This document shows, in pieces, positions 1 through 9,900 of a DNA stretch of 64,000 bases (positions are counted from its first letter, which is position 1; each line of letters begins with the position of its first letter). The DNA is from Minisyncoccia bacterium (GTDB taxonomy: Bacteria > Patescibacteriota > Minisyncoccia > Phycocordibacterales > Phycocordibacteraceae). Location of the stretch: NCBI GenBank assembly GCA_041485695.1, contig JBGPJZ010000001.1, positions 129,316-193,315 on the forward strand, in the 5' to 3' direction. A model generated the notes under the pieces. It ran no database searches, had not been told where the DNA came from, and saw only the letters and a list, made by a program, of their open reading frames with translations. The translations under genes were made by a program, and so were the position numbers.

Positions 1-985
1 GCGCGTAGAGGATACCTTCGCCCGATGCGGTCTCTATGAATTGGCTTGCAAAGGTAATGGTTTTTGCTTCAGTATCCCGGATTAGAGGTTCGGGCGAGAC
101 CCAATCAATAACTCCCTTCCCGTAGTCGTAGATGAAAAGGCCAACTGAGAATGTGCGATAGCGGATATTCGCGCCCTCCATCACGCTTGCCTCGCGGCCG
201 TTCATTATGCCGAGCCGTTTATCTTTACCGATATCGATGAAGGAGGGTGGCAATAATGGGCCAGGGGATGCGTGTTCAGCAATCCAAGAAATCTTGTGGT
301 CAGCAGGGTGGAAGACGATATCGCCAAGCTCCCACGGCTGAGCCATATCTCTTACGATTGCCGTCCGCACAACAGAAAAGGACGTCTCGCCGGCATACCG
401 GCTGGTCTCGTAGAAGTCATCTTTGCGTCGATCGCCTGACTCGACGAGATTCAGCCGCACGCCGTCCCGATTTACGGGTGCGAGAGAAGCTTCTTTCGCT
501 TTATGACTCACATATTCGTGCTTACTAGCGGTAATCGCAGGTTCAGTCATCGTAAGAGAATCAAGGCCGGTACCTTGAGCGTGTCCAAGCGAGATGAGCG
601 AGTGAGCCTTAGAGCGGTCCTTACTGATGAGCGCAATTGTGAAGTAGAGGTGCGTCAAACCGGTTTTTTCGTCTATCCAGATATCGGGGTCTTCAAGCCC
701 GATGTAATCCCACAGTTCGCCCCCGAGCTTCTCTATCAGTCCACTTTCACCGTCGATCTTCAGTGGCTCGGTAATCCTGAACTTCTCGAGCGTATCACCT
801 GTGACTTTGTAGAGAACGCTCCGGTCGACATTCCCACGGATGCCTATCTCACCGTTGCGGCTCATGATACAGCGCAGCACGCCCTCGCGATTCTGTTTCG
901 CAGGGTTGAGAGTGAGCGCCATCATGTACGCGAATTTCTCGCTTGCCTCGATTACTTTGCCGGCGTGTTGAGTATAAGGACTCAT
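1..985 (-). CDS. GH130/DUF377-family glycosidase (beta-mannoside phosphorylase-like), N-terminal part; continues beyond window start
   Basis: My own minus-strand translation from the ATG at 985 (MSPYTQHAGKVIEASEKF...GEGILYA) reads open to position 1. It is paralogous in style to the adjacent GH130-like ORF. The plus-strand ORF 503..1531 is antisense with a low-complexity product. Confidence 0.55.
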   Translation of the reverse strand, partial: MSPYTQHAGKVIEASEKFAYMMALTLNPAKQNREGVLRCIMSRNGEIGIRGNVDRSVLYKVTGDTLEKFRITEPLKIDGESGLIEKLGGELWDYIGLEDPDIWIDEKTGLTHLYFTIALISKDRSKAHSLISLGHAQGTGLDSLTMTEPAITASKHEYVSHKAKEASLAPVNRDGVRLNLVESGDRRKDDFYETSRYAGETSFSVVRTAIVRDMAQPWELGDIVFHPADHKISWIAEHASPGPLLPPSFIDIGKDKRLGIMNGREASVMEGANIRYRTFSVGLFIYDYGKGVIDWVSPEPLIRDTEAKTITFASQFIETASGEGILYA

Positions 986-988
986 GCG

Positions 989-2143
989 TTACGGAGCGAC
1001 GAGCGGTTCGGGCTCGAGGTCGGCATCTTTGCCCTTGAGGAGGGAGTCGACGAGTCTCTCGAGGTGGGCGGTCGCGACGCAGATGACCTTATCAGCGCCC
1101 CCGTAGTAGAGGTAGAGGTGGTCGCCTTGGATAGTCGCGCCGCAGGCGTAGACGATGCCTGGCTTGCCGGTATTTTCATAGTGAAAATCAGGCTCAAGCA
1201 CGGGCGCGTGCGCCCGTGCGATGATTTTTGTCGGGTCATCAAGGTCAAGCAGCATCGCACCCACCTTATACTTTTGCCATTCTTTGGCGTCGTTCGCTTG
1301 GTAAAATACGAGCCAGCCGCGGCTCGTCTTCAAGGGCGGGGGGCCGGCGCTCCGCACATGGACGTGCCACGCGATAGGTTTGTCGGGCACCTTCTGCGGG
1401 TCGGGACTCACGAATTGCCGCTCGCGCATAGTGCTCAAGTCATCGACGTACTCGATGCGCACCCGATCGTCGGTGTCGCCGATGATGCTGTGGAGAACGG
1501 CAAATTTTCCCCGCATCTTTTCGGGGAATAAGACCCAGTTCTTATCGCGGCCGCTGTGCGAGAGGACGTACGGCCCTTCCCATTTATAAAAACGCTTGGC
1601 GAGGAAGTCTTCTTCAGATATCGAGATGACCGCGACCCTAAGCGCCCAATTCTCGAACATATTAAATGTCACGTAGACTCTCCCTTCGATGAGAACCATG
1701 CGCGGGTCCTCGCACCCGCCCCAGCTACCGCCCGAGCCATACATCACGGGGCTGTAGCGGCGCAAGTGGTTCGGCAGGGAGGAGGAAGTGACCGCTACGT
1801 AGACCGGGTAGGGCAAGCGTTCGTCAAAAGCGATACCGTCTGGCGAGGAAGCATACCCGAGCCGCGAAACACCGTCGTGGCCGATAGCACGGTAGATAAG
1901 ATGCGTGCGGCCGGCCACGATGGCCGCCGCAGGGTTGAAGACCGCCTCAGTCTGCCACAGATGCTTGTCCGGCCTGATAATGGGGTTACCGAGAGAGCGT
2001 GCGAGCTTAACGCCCGTAACGCGGCGGACTACCTCGACGACGGTTCGTCGAAATGGCCGTGAAAAAGCGGCGCCAAGGATGCAACCGACAACGAAGAGTG
2101 AAAGGAGGAGGGCGAGCCAGTTAACGATGAACAAGAAAGTCAT
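989..2143 (-). CDS. GH130/DUF377-family glycosidase with N-terminal transmembrane anchor
   Basis: 384-aa ORF with an N-terminal hydrophobic helix followed by a DUF377/GH130-like core (NPIIRPD...GCEDPRMVLIEGRVYVTF...YYGGAD). Confidence 0.6.
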   Translation of the reverse strand: MTFLFIVNWLALLLSLFVVGCILGAAFSRPFRRTVVEVVRRVTGVKLARSLGNPIIRPDKHLWQTEAVFNPAAAIVAGRTHLIYRAIGHDGVSRLGYASSPDGIAFDERLPYPVYVAVTSSSLPNHLRRYSPVMYGSGGSWGGCEDPRMVLIEGRVYVTFNMFENWALRVAVISISEEDFLAKRFYKWEGPYVLSHSGRDKNWVLFPEKMRGKFAVLHSIIGDTDDRVRIEYVDDLSTMRERQFVSPDPQKVPDKPIAWHVHVRSAGPPPLKTSRGWLVFYQANDAKEWQKYKVGAMLLDLDDPTKIIARAHAPVLEPDFHYENTGKPGIVYACGATIQGDHLYLYYGGADKVICVATAHLERLVDSLLKGKDADLEPEPLVAP

Positions 2144-2155
2144 GAATCAGCAGAT

Positions 2156-2533
2156 TCACCCTGAGCTTTGCGAAGTGGGTGCCGCACGGCCAAAGTCGTC
2201 TTCAACCCGTACGATGTCGTTCTCGTCAAAATCGCCCACGGCAATTTCGAGCACCCAGATGCCCTCGGGCCCGGAGGTCAAGCGATGGAGGGTCCCGGCC
2301 GGTATTTCGAATTCGCTCCCCGCCTTCGCCTCCTTCTCTTCATCGCCGACTTGCGCAGAGCCGCTCCCGGTGAGGACATGCCAGAATTCATTACGCTTCG
2401 CGTGCTTTTGCAGAGAAAGGCGCTGGCCCGGCTTGACGTAGACCATCTTCACCGTTGACGCCTCGTTCAGCGTGAAGCGAAGGAACGAACCCCACGGTCT
2501 GTCCTCATGGTCGCGATGAGTAAGGAGCGCCAT
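2156..2533 (-). CDS. cupin-domain protein (mannose-6-phosphate isomerase type II C-terminal cupin-like)
   Basis: 125 aa with RPWGSF...GQRLSLQKH..RNEFWHV..G motifs typical of the ManC-type cupin. Confidence 0.6.
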   Translation of the reverse strand: MALLTHRDHEDRPWGSFLRFTLNEASTVKMVYVKPGQRLSLQKHAKRNEFWHVLTGSGSAQVGDEEKEAKAGSEFEIPAGTLHRLTSGPEGIWVLEIAVGDFDENDIVRVEDDFGRAAPTSQSSG

Positions 2534-2550
2534 TACTCATAAGATAACAT

Positions 2551-3360
2551 CTACCGGATAAAAAAGAAGAAGAAGACCACAGCCAAGAGGATGCGGTAGA
2601 TGCCGAAGTTCGTGAGCGCACGATTTTCATTAATATAGCGGAGTAAGAAGCGCATTGCGAATATCGCGATGATGAAAGCCGTGATAAAGCCGATGGCGAG
2701 AAGCCCGAACTCCGTGCCCGTTATCTGCGAACTCGTTTTAAGGAGGTCGTAGCCCGATGCTGCGAGCAAGGTCGGCACCGCAAGCAAGAACGAGAATTTG
2801 ACGATGGTCTGTCGTGGCACCCCGAGGTAGAGGCCGCCGAGAATCGTAGCAGCGCTCCGCGAGATGCCCGGGACAAGGGCGAGCGCCTGCATAAGGCCGA
2901 TGAGAGCCGCCTGAAAGTAGGAAATGTCATCAACTGGCTCCTCGGGAGCCGGTGCGAAATCGAGCACCTCGAAAAGGATAAGGAAGAGACCGCCTAGGAA
3001 AAGCGCAACGAGTACCACCCAGACGTTGCCGATGAGGTAAGCCTTCACGAAGTGGTAGAGCGTAAGCCCGATGATGCCGGTGGGGATAAAGGCCACGGCA
3101 AGCTTTTTCAACAATACCCAGTCGAAGAAGGAGCGAAAGTAAAGCGCAACCACAGCCGAGATGGAGCCCAATTGGATGACGATCTCGAATGTCTTTATGA
3201 AGTCAGTCTGCGTGATGTTAAGCAAGGAGCTCGCAAGGATAAGGTGCCCGGTCGAAGAGATGGGCAAGAATTCGGTCGCGCCCTCGACGATGCCGAGGAT
3301 AATCGCGTCAAACGGGGTCATGCGGACAGCGTAGCACAAGCCGATTAGACCTATTGACAA
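2551..3360 (-). CDS. uppP: undecaprenyl-diphosphate phosphatase
   Basis: 269-aa polytopic membrane protein; GATEFLPISSTGHL motif characteristic of UppP/BacA. Confidence 0.9.
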   Translation of the reverse strand: MSIGLIGLCYAVRMTPFDAIILGIVEGATEFLPISSTGHLILASSLLNITQTDFIKTFEIVIQLGSISAVVALYFRSFFDWVLLKKLAVAFIPTGIIGLTLYHFVKAYLIGNVWVVLVALFLGGLFLILFEVLDFAPAPEEPVDDISYFQAALIGLMQALALVPGISRSAATILGGLYLGVPRQTIVKFSFLLAVPTLLAASGYDLLKTSSQITGTEFGLLAIGFITAFIIAIFAMRFLLRYINENRALTNFGIYRILLAVVFFFFFIR

Positions 3361-3382
3361 AGAAATGTCAATGTGTTAGTAT
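3354..3382 (+). promoter_or_regulatory. sigma70-like promoter (TTGACA-17-TAGTAT) upstream of the 3D-domain gene
   Basis: ttgacaaagaaatgtcaatgtgttagtat; 17-nt spacer. Confidence 0.4.
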
Positions 3383-3442
3383 GTGAATTAACGAGGTATT
3401 TACTGGCTGTTTTAAAGAGCTGGTAGATGCCCGTTTTCATTA

Positions 3443-3988
3443 ATGTCTACATTCATATTAGGCGGCCTCATGGCTTTTTTCATCTTGACCGGCTCGGCCG
3501 GCCACGCCTCTGCACCCGAATTCCCGACCTACACCACGTCGGTGACGGGCTATAACGCCGTAGCCGCCCAGACTGACGGCGATCCTTCGACGACTGCGAG
3601 CGGCGCTCTCTCCAACACGGCTGTCGTCGCTGCGCGTTCGCGCGACCTCGCCGATGAGCTCCCCTTCGGTACGGTCATCGCAATCGAGCCCTCGACCGAG
3701 CGCTCCGATACCTGCGGCCTCGATTTTGTCGGCCCCAAGGTCGGCTACCGCGTCATCGCCGACACCATGAATGCCCGTATCACGAACACGGTTGACGTGC
3801 TTTTCGCCACCGATAACACGTTCACGGTGGGTGGCAAAGCGGTCAACGCCGCTCGCGCCTTGGGCTCCTGTAAAGACGTGACGATTCGCGTCGTGGGCCA
3901 CATCGACATCTCGAAGCCCTCGAACCTCCCGAAATCGCAGACGGCGCTCGCCGCCATGGTCGGCGCCTCGGGCCTTGCAGTTAAATAA
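3443..3988 (+). CDS. secreted 3D-domain protein (MltA/YabE-type cell-wall-associated domain)
   Basis: Signal-peptide-like N-terminus; TGYN..QTDGDPSTTASG motif of the 3D domain. Confidence 0.55.
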   Translation: MSTFILGGLMAFFILTGSAGHASAPEFPTYTTSVTGYNAVAAQTDGDPSTTASGALSNTAVVAARSRDLADELPFGTVIAIEPSTERSDTCGLDFVGPKVGYRVIADTMNARITNTVDVLFATDNTFTVGGKAVNAARALGSCKDVTIRVVGHIDISKPSNLPKSQTALAAMVGASGLAVK

Positions 3989-3997
3989 TCTTTGAAA

Positions 3998-4037
3998 ACA
4001 AACCGCCCCGGCTCTACGCCGGGGCGGTTTGTTTTAT
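3998..4037 (+). terminator. rho-independent terminator
   Basis: aaaccgccccggc-tctacg-ccggggcggttt hairpin followed by gtttt. Confidence 0.7.
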
Positions 4038-4057
4038 GCTATCGTGCATGAACTCCT

Positions 4058-5188
4058 ATGAAAGTCGCGCTCTTTACGGACACATTCGTCCCCCAAGTAA
4101 ATGGGGTTGCAAATGCCGTAGAGCAAACGGCCATCTCACTTTCACAGTTCGGCCATACAGTGCGTGTTTACGCTGTCTCAAAGGATGCTCAAGCGTTGAA
4201 CAAACGTGCGCAAGGGCACTATAGTGTTTTTACTTTCCCTTCAATCCCCGCCATGGTCTACCGTGGCCTGCGTGCGACTCTCCCGCTAGGGATGGCTCTG
4301 CGTGATGTACGGACCTTTGCTCCTGACATTATTCATACGCATACGCCCTTTGGTGCCGGCTGGGAGGCTGTCCGCGCTGCACGCAAACTCGGTATACCGC
4401 TCGTAGGTACGCACCATACTTTTTTTGACCACTACTTGAAGCACGTCGGCCTTGATTTTAGTTTGATGCGTAAGGCAACGTGGAGACTTACGGTCGGATA
4501 CTATAACCGTACCCTTGCAGTCATAAGCCCGACCCGCTCACTTATGGAGGAGATGGTCAAGCACGGTCTTGCTACACCGACCTACCTTATCCCAAACACC
4601 GTTGATACTGCCTGGTTCAACCCACCTATCGAAGCGGCAGAAACTCAAAAACCAGTGATTCTCTACCTTGGCCGCTTAAGCTATGAGAAAAGCGTTGACG
4701 ACGTTCTTCGCGCTTTCGCGCTTATCCGCACGCAGGTTCCCGCGACGCTCTTAATCGTGGGTGACGGCCCAGAACGGGCGTCGCTTGAACACCTTGCGAG
4801 CGAGCTCGGCATCAAGGAGGCAGTACGCTTTACTGGGTTCCTCCATGGCGAAGAACTCGTGCGCGCTCTCCAGAGCGCGTTGCTCTTCATGAGCGCAAGC
4901 AAGAGCGAGAATATGCCGCTTTCAGTACTCGAAGCTATGGCGGTTGGACTCCCGATCGTCGTCGTCGATTCGCTTGGTATGAGCGAATTACTGCGCCCAG
5001 GAGAGAACGCGACCTTGACCCTCCCAGGCAAGCCGGGAGAGCTTGCCGAGGCCGCGCTCGCGCTTATCGCTGATGAGCCGCGACGTGTGCGCTACGCGCA
5101 CGCGTCGCGCGAACACGCTCTGTCATTTAGCCCCGAGGCTGTTATCGAACGCCTCCTTGAAGTGTACGAACGTGCGCGCCGCGCTTAG
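4058..5188 (+). CDS. glycosyltransferase family 4
   Basis: 376 aa; N-terminal MKVALFTDTFVPQVNGVA and C-terminal E-x7-E region typical of GT4 (PimA/MshA-like). Confidence 0.8.
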   Translation: MKVALFTDTFVPQVNGVANAVEQTAISLSQFGHTVRVYAVSKDAQALNKRAQGHYSVFTFPSIPAMVYRGLRATLPLGMALRDVRTFAPDIIHTHTPFGAGWEAVRAARKLGIPLVGTHHTFFDHYLKHVGLDFSLMRKATWRLTVGYYNRTLAVISPTRSLMEEMVKHGLATPTYLIPNTVDTAWFNPPIEAAETQKPVILYLGRLSYEKSVDDVLRAFALIRTQVPATLLIVGDGPERASLEHLASELGIKEAVRFTGFLHGEELVRALQSALLFMSASKSENMPLSVLEAMAVGLPIVVVDSLGMSELLRPGENATLTLPGKPGELAEAALALIADEPRRVRYAHASREHALSFSPEAVIERLLEVYERARRA

Positions 5189-5916
5189 CGGATTACCTTC
5201 CACTCCTTGCTCATCGAGCGGCCGCGTAGCTTGACCGAGATCCCATTGCCGATCCATGTAGCGAGCAAGCGCGGCCAGCCTATCGCGTGGGCGCGCCGTC
5301 CGGTCTGGAGGACGGCGAGAGAGGCCTCGAAACGCGTCCTGCCTACTCGCGAGAGGCGGATGAACATGTCCATATCTTCAGACGCCACGATGCGTTCGTC
5401 ATATCCCCCGAGCTTTTCAAACACCGGTGCAGGTATCATCTGGAATTCTCCCGGGGCATTGGGGCTTCGGAACACGTTATTCGTGACTCGGTTGTACGTA
5501 TTGAATAAAGCCGAGAAAAACCAATCAGCAAAGGTCCGGTACTCAGGGAGCACGTTCAAGGTTACGATAAGGCCGACGAGCCGCGGATTTTCCGTAAAGC
5601 GCGCTACAGCCCGTGTGAAGAAAGCGTCTGTCTCTGGGATGAAGATGTCGCCGTCAATGAATACGAGATACATGCCATGCGCTGCTTTTGCGCCAGCATT
5701 CTTGCCGGCGGCGATAGTCCCGCGCACAGGGCTCGCATGCTCGACTACGACGTCAGCGTAACGGCGGGCGATAGCGACGGTTTGGTCGGTGGAGCCGCCG
5801 TCAGAGACAACGATTTCGTGCGGCAAGGTGAGAGCACCTTTCAGAGCCGAGAGCGTACGGTCGAGGATCTTTTCTTCATTTAACGTCGGTATGACGATAG
5901 AGATAAGAGGCTTCAT
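5185..5916 (-). CDS. glycosyltransferase family 2
   Basis: ISIVIPTLNEE...SDGGSTD...DGD GT2 signature; 4-nt overlap with the upstream DedA gene. Confidence 0.8.
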   Translation of the reverse strand: MKPLISIVIPTLNEEKILDRTLSALKGALTLPHEIVVSDGGSTDQTVAIARRYADVVVEHASPVRGTIAAGKNAGAKAAHGMYLVFIDGDIFIPETDAFFTRAVARFTENPRLVGLIVTLNVLPEYRTFADWFFSALFNTYNRVTNNVFRSPNAPGEFQMIPAPVFEKLGGYDERIVASEDMDMFIRLSRVGRTRFEASLAVLQTGRRAHAIGWPRLLATWIGNGISVKLRGRSMSKEWKVIR

Positions 5917-6497
5917 AAAGAGGAGAAGCGCTTCCGCAGATAGCGATTTACACCGCGGAGCGCGAAGAAAGCGCTGATGAGTAGCGCCACAAGGAGGACA
6001 TCACGAAGACCTGTGTTTATCGCAAGGTACGCATTGCCGAAGAAGTAGCCGACGGCCATAAGGAGCCCCGTCCAGATAAAACCGCCAAGAATATTGATGA
6101 GCGCATATTTGCGAAAGGGGGTATGTGCAGCGCCTGCTGCCATCAGGGTCGCGAGCGCGAAGCCGAAGCCCATGGTGATTTTCGAGATAAAGAGAATCTT
6201 TATGCTGTACTTGCGAAACAACCTCTCGAACCGATCGATGTCAGCGAGGCTTACTGATAAGAAGTAGCCGAACCGCTCGAGAAGGGAGCGGGCGCCATAG
6301 CGGCCGATACCGTACCAAAGGATGTCCCCGACAAAGTCCCCCGCCATAAGGAGAAAGTAGGTGGGGATAAGTTCGAGGCCGCCCAGCCGTACGATAAAGC
6401 CGCAAAAGAGCATGACCACAGGCCCTTCGATAATGGTGAGGGGGAGGAGTACCCAGTAGCGGTACGCGAGTATCCACATGAGGGACGCTTCGAGCAT
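5913..6497 (-). CDS. DedA/SNARE-associated family membrane protein
   Basis: 194-aa membrane protein with DedA-like core (GPVVMLFCGF...GDFVGDILWYGIGRYG). Confidence 0.75.
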   Translation of the reverse strand: MLEASLMWILAYRYWVLLPLTIIEGPVVMLFCGFIVRLGGLELIPTYFLLMAGDFVGDILWYGIGRYGARSLLERFGYFLSVSLADIDRFERLFRKYSIKILFISKITMGFGFALATLMAAGAAHTPFRKYALINILGGFIWTGLLMAVGYFFGNAYLAINTGLRDVLLVALLISAFFALRGVNRYLRKRFSSL

Positions 6498-6574
6498 TAG
6501 GGCAAAGTATACTATGAGGTACGGCCGGTCGAGCCGGTATTCATCTCTAACGTCTCATCTACTTTCTCTCAACT

Positions 6575-6841
6575 ATGAAAGGAATGCACATGGTCGCCTT
6601 CGCCCTTACGATTATCGGCGGCTTGAACTGGGGTCTCGTCGGCCTCGGATGGCTCGTAGGCGGCGGCGCGAACTGGAATGTCGTGAGCGGGATCGCAAGC
6701 TACATCGGCGGCATGCCGGTCGAGGGCATTATCTATATCCTCGTCGGCCTCTCTGCGCTTTGGCTCGCTATCATGCACAAGAAGGACTGCAAGTGGTGCT
6801 CTGGAGCGATGGGCGGTTCAGGCGCGAGCCCGATGATGTAA
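6575..6841 (+). CDS. DUF378-family small membrane protein
   Basis: 88 aa; ALTIIGGLNWGLVGL motif of DUF378. Confidence 0.7.
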   Translation: MKGMHMVAFALTIIGGLNWGLVGLGWLVGGGANWNVVSGIASYIGGMPVEGIIYILVGLSALWLAIMHKKDCKWCSGAMGGSGASPMM

Positions 6842-6860
6842 TCGGTTCGACGTTTTTTGT

Positions 6861-6897
6861 GAAGCGAAGCGCCCCCCTCGGGGGCGCTTCGCGCTTG
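6861..6897. other. GC-rich hairpin (possible terminator, no clear U-tract)
   Basis: gaagcgaagcgcccccc-tcg-gggggcgcttcgcgcttg inverted repeat after the DUF378 gene. Confidence 0.3.
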
Positions 6898-6937
6898 CCC
6901 GTGCGATAACCCGCGGGCGCCCAGGTATACTGGCCGT

Positions 6938-7600
6938 ATGCGCGAGACCTTCGGGCTTACGAAACGGGAGCTTTTCGTATTGAAGCGCCTCACGACCCCT
7001 ATCAAGATTCAGGACTTTCTCGACTCATTGCCGTTCAATTTCGAGGAGAAAGGCGAGACGCACATGTCGCCCCGGCGCGCGCTCCGCGCGCGCCGGGCCA
7101 ACTGCATCGAAGGCGCCCTCCTCGCGGCGCTTGCGCTCGCGCGTAACGGCGAGAAGCCCCTCCTCATGGACTTTCGCGCACGGCCGCACGACGACGACCA
7201 CGTCGTCGCGCTCTACCGGCGCAACGGCTACTGGGGTCTCCTGAGCAAGACCAACCACGCGACCATCCGTTTCCGCGACCCAGTCTATAAGACCTTGCGC
7301 GAACTCGCGCGCTCGTACTTTCACGAGTGGTTCTTGAATACGACGGGGGAGAAGACTTTAGAAAGCTATTCCGATCCGCTCGACCTCTCAAAAGTAAAGA
7401 AAAACTGGATTACAGACGAAGCCGACCTCTGGTGGCTTGATGCAAAGCTGGACGCCCTCCCGCACCATAAACTTGTCCCGAAAGGGAATCGGCGGTACCT
7501 ACGCAAGGCCGACCCGATGGAGCTTAAGGCAGGTCGCTTAACAGAGTGGGCCCCTTCGAAGGGACTCAGGGCGGGCAAGGGCGGCAAACGGGCGAGGTAA
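6938..7600 (+). CDS. hypothetical protein; possible papain/transglutaminase-like fold (Cys...His)
   Basis: 220-aa ORF; RRANCIEGALLAALAL then DDDHVVALYRRNGYWG resembles Cys/His catalytic arrangement of transglutaminase-like enzymes. Weak assignment. Confidence 0.4.
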   Translation: MRETFGLTKRELFVLKRLTTPIKIQDFLDSLPFNFEEKGETHMSPRRALRARRANCIEGALLAALALARNGEKPLLMDFRARPHDDDHVVALYRRNGYWGLLSKTNHATIRFRDPVYKTLRELARSYFHEWFLNTTGEKTLESYSDPLDLSKVKKNWITDEADLWWLDAKLDALPHHKLVPKGNRRYLRKADPMELKAGRLTEWAPSKGLRAGKGGKRAR

Positions 7601-7627
7601 GAGGTGCGTGATACATTATAGATACGC

Positions 7628-8164
7628 ATGTATCAGTTGCCTCTATCGGTCACCATCGCCATTGCGGTGCTTACCATTTTTCTATCTCTCACGGTAGGAC
7701 TCAAGTACGCGATTCATAGTAACTTTGTCCGAACACGTCTCACCATGACGCTTTTCTTCGTCTTCATCGTGTTTACCCTGACCATCTCGTTCTGGAATCA
7801 CGCGCTTGCGACGTTGCCCTATACGATTCCCTCGGGAGTCGTCGGCGTGGTCATAGGCTACGTGCTTGGCGTGCAGACTGAAAGGCGAAAGCTCTCGATG
7901 CAAGGCATGGCGCATTACATGGAACACTTCGCGCATATACATATTCATGACATTCGCTCCCTTACCTGGTGGAGTTTTATCAACTTCTACTCTGTAATGG
8001 GTGCGCTCTTGCTTATTAATCTCGTCGGCCTATCAAACGTCATCTTCGAGGGTACCGAGCTTTGGGCAGTCACAACGAGCGTCTTTGGAGCATTCCTCAT
8101 CGGCACCATCGTCCCGTACCTCTTCCACCTCTGGAGCATCCGCGCGACTTCCCAAGCGGCTTAG
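7628..8164 (+). CDS. hypothetical polytopic membrane protein
   Basis: 178 aa with 4-5 hydrophobic segments; convergent with cyoE. Confidence 0.4.
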   Translation: MYQLPLSVTIAIAVLTIFLSLTVGLKYAIHSNFVRTRLTMTLFFVFIVFTLTISFWNHALATLPYTIPSGVVGVVIGYVLGVQTERRKLSMQGMAHYMEHFAHIHIHDIRSLTWWSFINFYSVMGALLLINLVGLSNVIFEGTELWAVTTSVFGAFLIGTIVPYLFHLWSIRATSQAA

Positions 8165-9027
8165 GAGATAGAGAGTGCGATAGAAAGAGCGAGGATGACA
8201 AGGAGGGAGCAGAGAAAAGTCTGTCTGGCCCATTTTGCATCGTCGTGGGTCCAAAAGGCCGCGAGGGCGTAGCGAAGCCAAATAATCGAAAAAAGGCTCA
8301 CAATAAGTACGTACAGGTGATTTATGGTATGCACGACAGGGAGGGCGAGGCACGCGAGCGCGAAGACGACTATGTACGCGATAATCGCCAGCTTCGTCAC
8401 TCGAAGGCCTTTTACGAGCGGCATCACGGGGATGTGCGCGTTGGCGTATTCGTCTTTGCGGTAGATGGCGATAGAGAAGAAATGCGCCATCTGCCAGCAA
8501 CAGAGGATGAGAAAAAGTACGAGTGCCGTTGCATCAAGAGAATTGGTTACTGCGACGTAACCAACAACGGGCGGCACAGCTCCTGCAAGAGCGCCAAGAT
8601 GGCTCGCGTACATCGTCTTGCGCTTCAAGGGACTATAAACGAGCACGTATACAGCGAATCCAAAAAGTGCAACCTCGAGCGTTAAGAGACTGGTATACAG
8701 GAGAAGTATTTTAACGCCCACGATGCCAAGAAAGGTCCCAAAGATAAGGGCATTTCGCGGCGCTATCTGCCCGGTGGGGAGCGCTCGATTTTTTGTGCGC
8801 TCCATCAGAGCGTCAATGTCGCGGTCGATATAATTGTTAAACACTGCAGCGCTCCCGACGATAAAAGAGAGGCCGATGAGCATCGCTACGAAGATCCACC
8901 AGTTCACAGTGCCTTCGGAGGCAAGGAAGAAGCCCGCGGCAGCGGTGAGCGCGTTGCCGTAGATGATGCCCGGCTTCGTGAGCTGGTAGTAGAGCTTACT
9001 CAAGTTGGTTTTGCGGGGCAGGGACAT
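8161..9027 (-). CDS. cyoE: protoheme IX farnesyltransferase (heme O synthase)
   Basis: 288 aa; NNYIDRDIDALMERTKNRALP UbiA-family motif; last gene of the cyo operon. Confidence 0.9.
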   Translation of the reverse strand: MSLPRKTNLSKLYYQLTKPGIIYGNALTAAAGFFLASEGTVNWWIFVAMLIGLSFIVGSAAVFNNYIDRDIDALMERTKNRALPTGQIAPRNALIFGTFLGIVGVKILLLYTSLLTLEVALFGFAVYVLVYSPLKRKTMYASHLGALAGAVPPVVGYVAVTNSLDATALVLFLILCCWQMAHFFSIAIYRKDEYANAHIPVMPLVKGLRVTKLAIIAYIVVFALACLALPVVHTINHLYVLIVSLFSIIWLRYALAAFWTHDDAKWARQTFLCSLLVILALSIALSIS

Positions 9028-9331
9028 CGTTCAAGAATTCTTGCGGCATCGCGTGCTGCGATTGCAAATTGTTCATAATCCAGAGCGTACCGCCGACGAC
9101 GATACCCACGACGATGAGCGCGAATGCAAAGAGGGTGAGATTGCTACTAGGGCTCTTTCCTTGACCGAGGTGTAAGAAAAAGACCAATTGAACAATGAGT
9201 TGGCACAGCGCGAGCACCACAAACGCTACGGAGATAAGGGGATATGCGGGTATGACCCATAGAAGCCCGGCAGCTGCGAGCGTGAGCAGCGCCGAGAGCA
9301 CGTATCCGACGATGTAGTTCAGGGTGGTCAT
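8996..9331 (-). CDS. cyoD: cytochrome bo3 quinol oxidase subunit IV
   Basis: 111 aa, three TM helices, CyoD-like; sits between subunit III and cyoE. Confidence 0.75.
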   Translation of the reverse strand: MTTLNYIVGYVLSALLTLAAAGLLWVIPAYPLISVAFVVLALCQLIVQLVFFLHLGQGKSPSSNLTLFAFALIVVGIVVGGTLWIMNNLQSQHAMPQEFLNDVPAPQNQLE

Positions 9332-9900
9332 AGCGAGATGAAGCCGAAAAGGTAGACGAACGTGAAGATGAAGATCCAGATGATGTCAAGAAAGTGCCAG
9401 AAGAGAGCCAAGCACATAAGCTTTCGCGTGGTGCCCGGCGTGATGCCTTTGCGAGCGATGTGCGCCATGAGGACGAGCATCCAGAGCGCGCCAAGCGCGA
9501 TATGAGCTCCGTGCGTACCGACCAAGGTAAAGAAGGATGAGAGGAAGGCGCTCCCGCCGGGGCCATGACCCTCAAGAATGAGTTGCCGAAACTCGCTAAG
9601 TTCCATTATGAGGAAGGAGAGGCCTAAGAGGAGTGTGGCCACGAGTGCCGTAAGAGTAAGATTTTTCTTGTGATGACGCGCAGCGAGGAGAGCGAGCCCG
9701 CACGTAAAACTCGAGGTCAAAAGAAGGAGCGTTTCGGTAAGCACGAAGGGGAGAGAAAAAAGGTCTTCAGCCCTTGGCCCGTCAAAGGTCGCGATGTGCA
9801 AGACGGCATACGTAGCGAAGAGGCTGGCGAACAAGACGCAGTCGCTCATCAGGTAGACCCAGAAGCCAAACGTTACTTTTTCTTGAGTGTGTTCGGTCAT
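9328..9900 (-). CDS. cyoC: cytochrome bo3 quinol oxidase subunit III
   Basis: 190 aa; CyoC-like helices ([23 protein letters not shown]...). Confidence 0.85.
   Translation of the reverse strand: MTEHTQEKVTFGFWVYLMSDCVLFASLFATYAVLHIATFDGPRAEDLFSLPFVLTETLLLLTSSFTCGLALLAARHHKKNLTLTALVATLLLGLSFLIMELSEFRQLILEGHGPGGSAFLSSFFTLVGTHGAHIALGALWMLVLMAHIARKGITPGTTRKLMCLALFWHFLDIIWIFIFTFVYLFGFISL

Noticed and set aside
503-1531. 342-aa plus-strand ORF
   Set aside because: It is antisense to the two GH130-like genes and its product is Arg/Ala/Val-rich low complexity with no domain signature. The minus-strand frames give clean glycosidase-like proteins.
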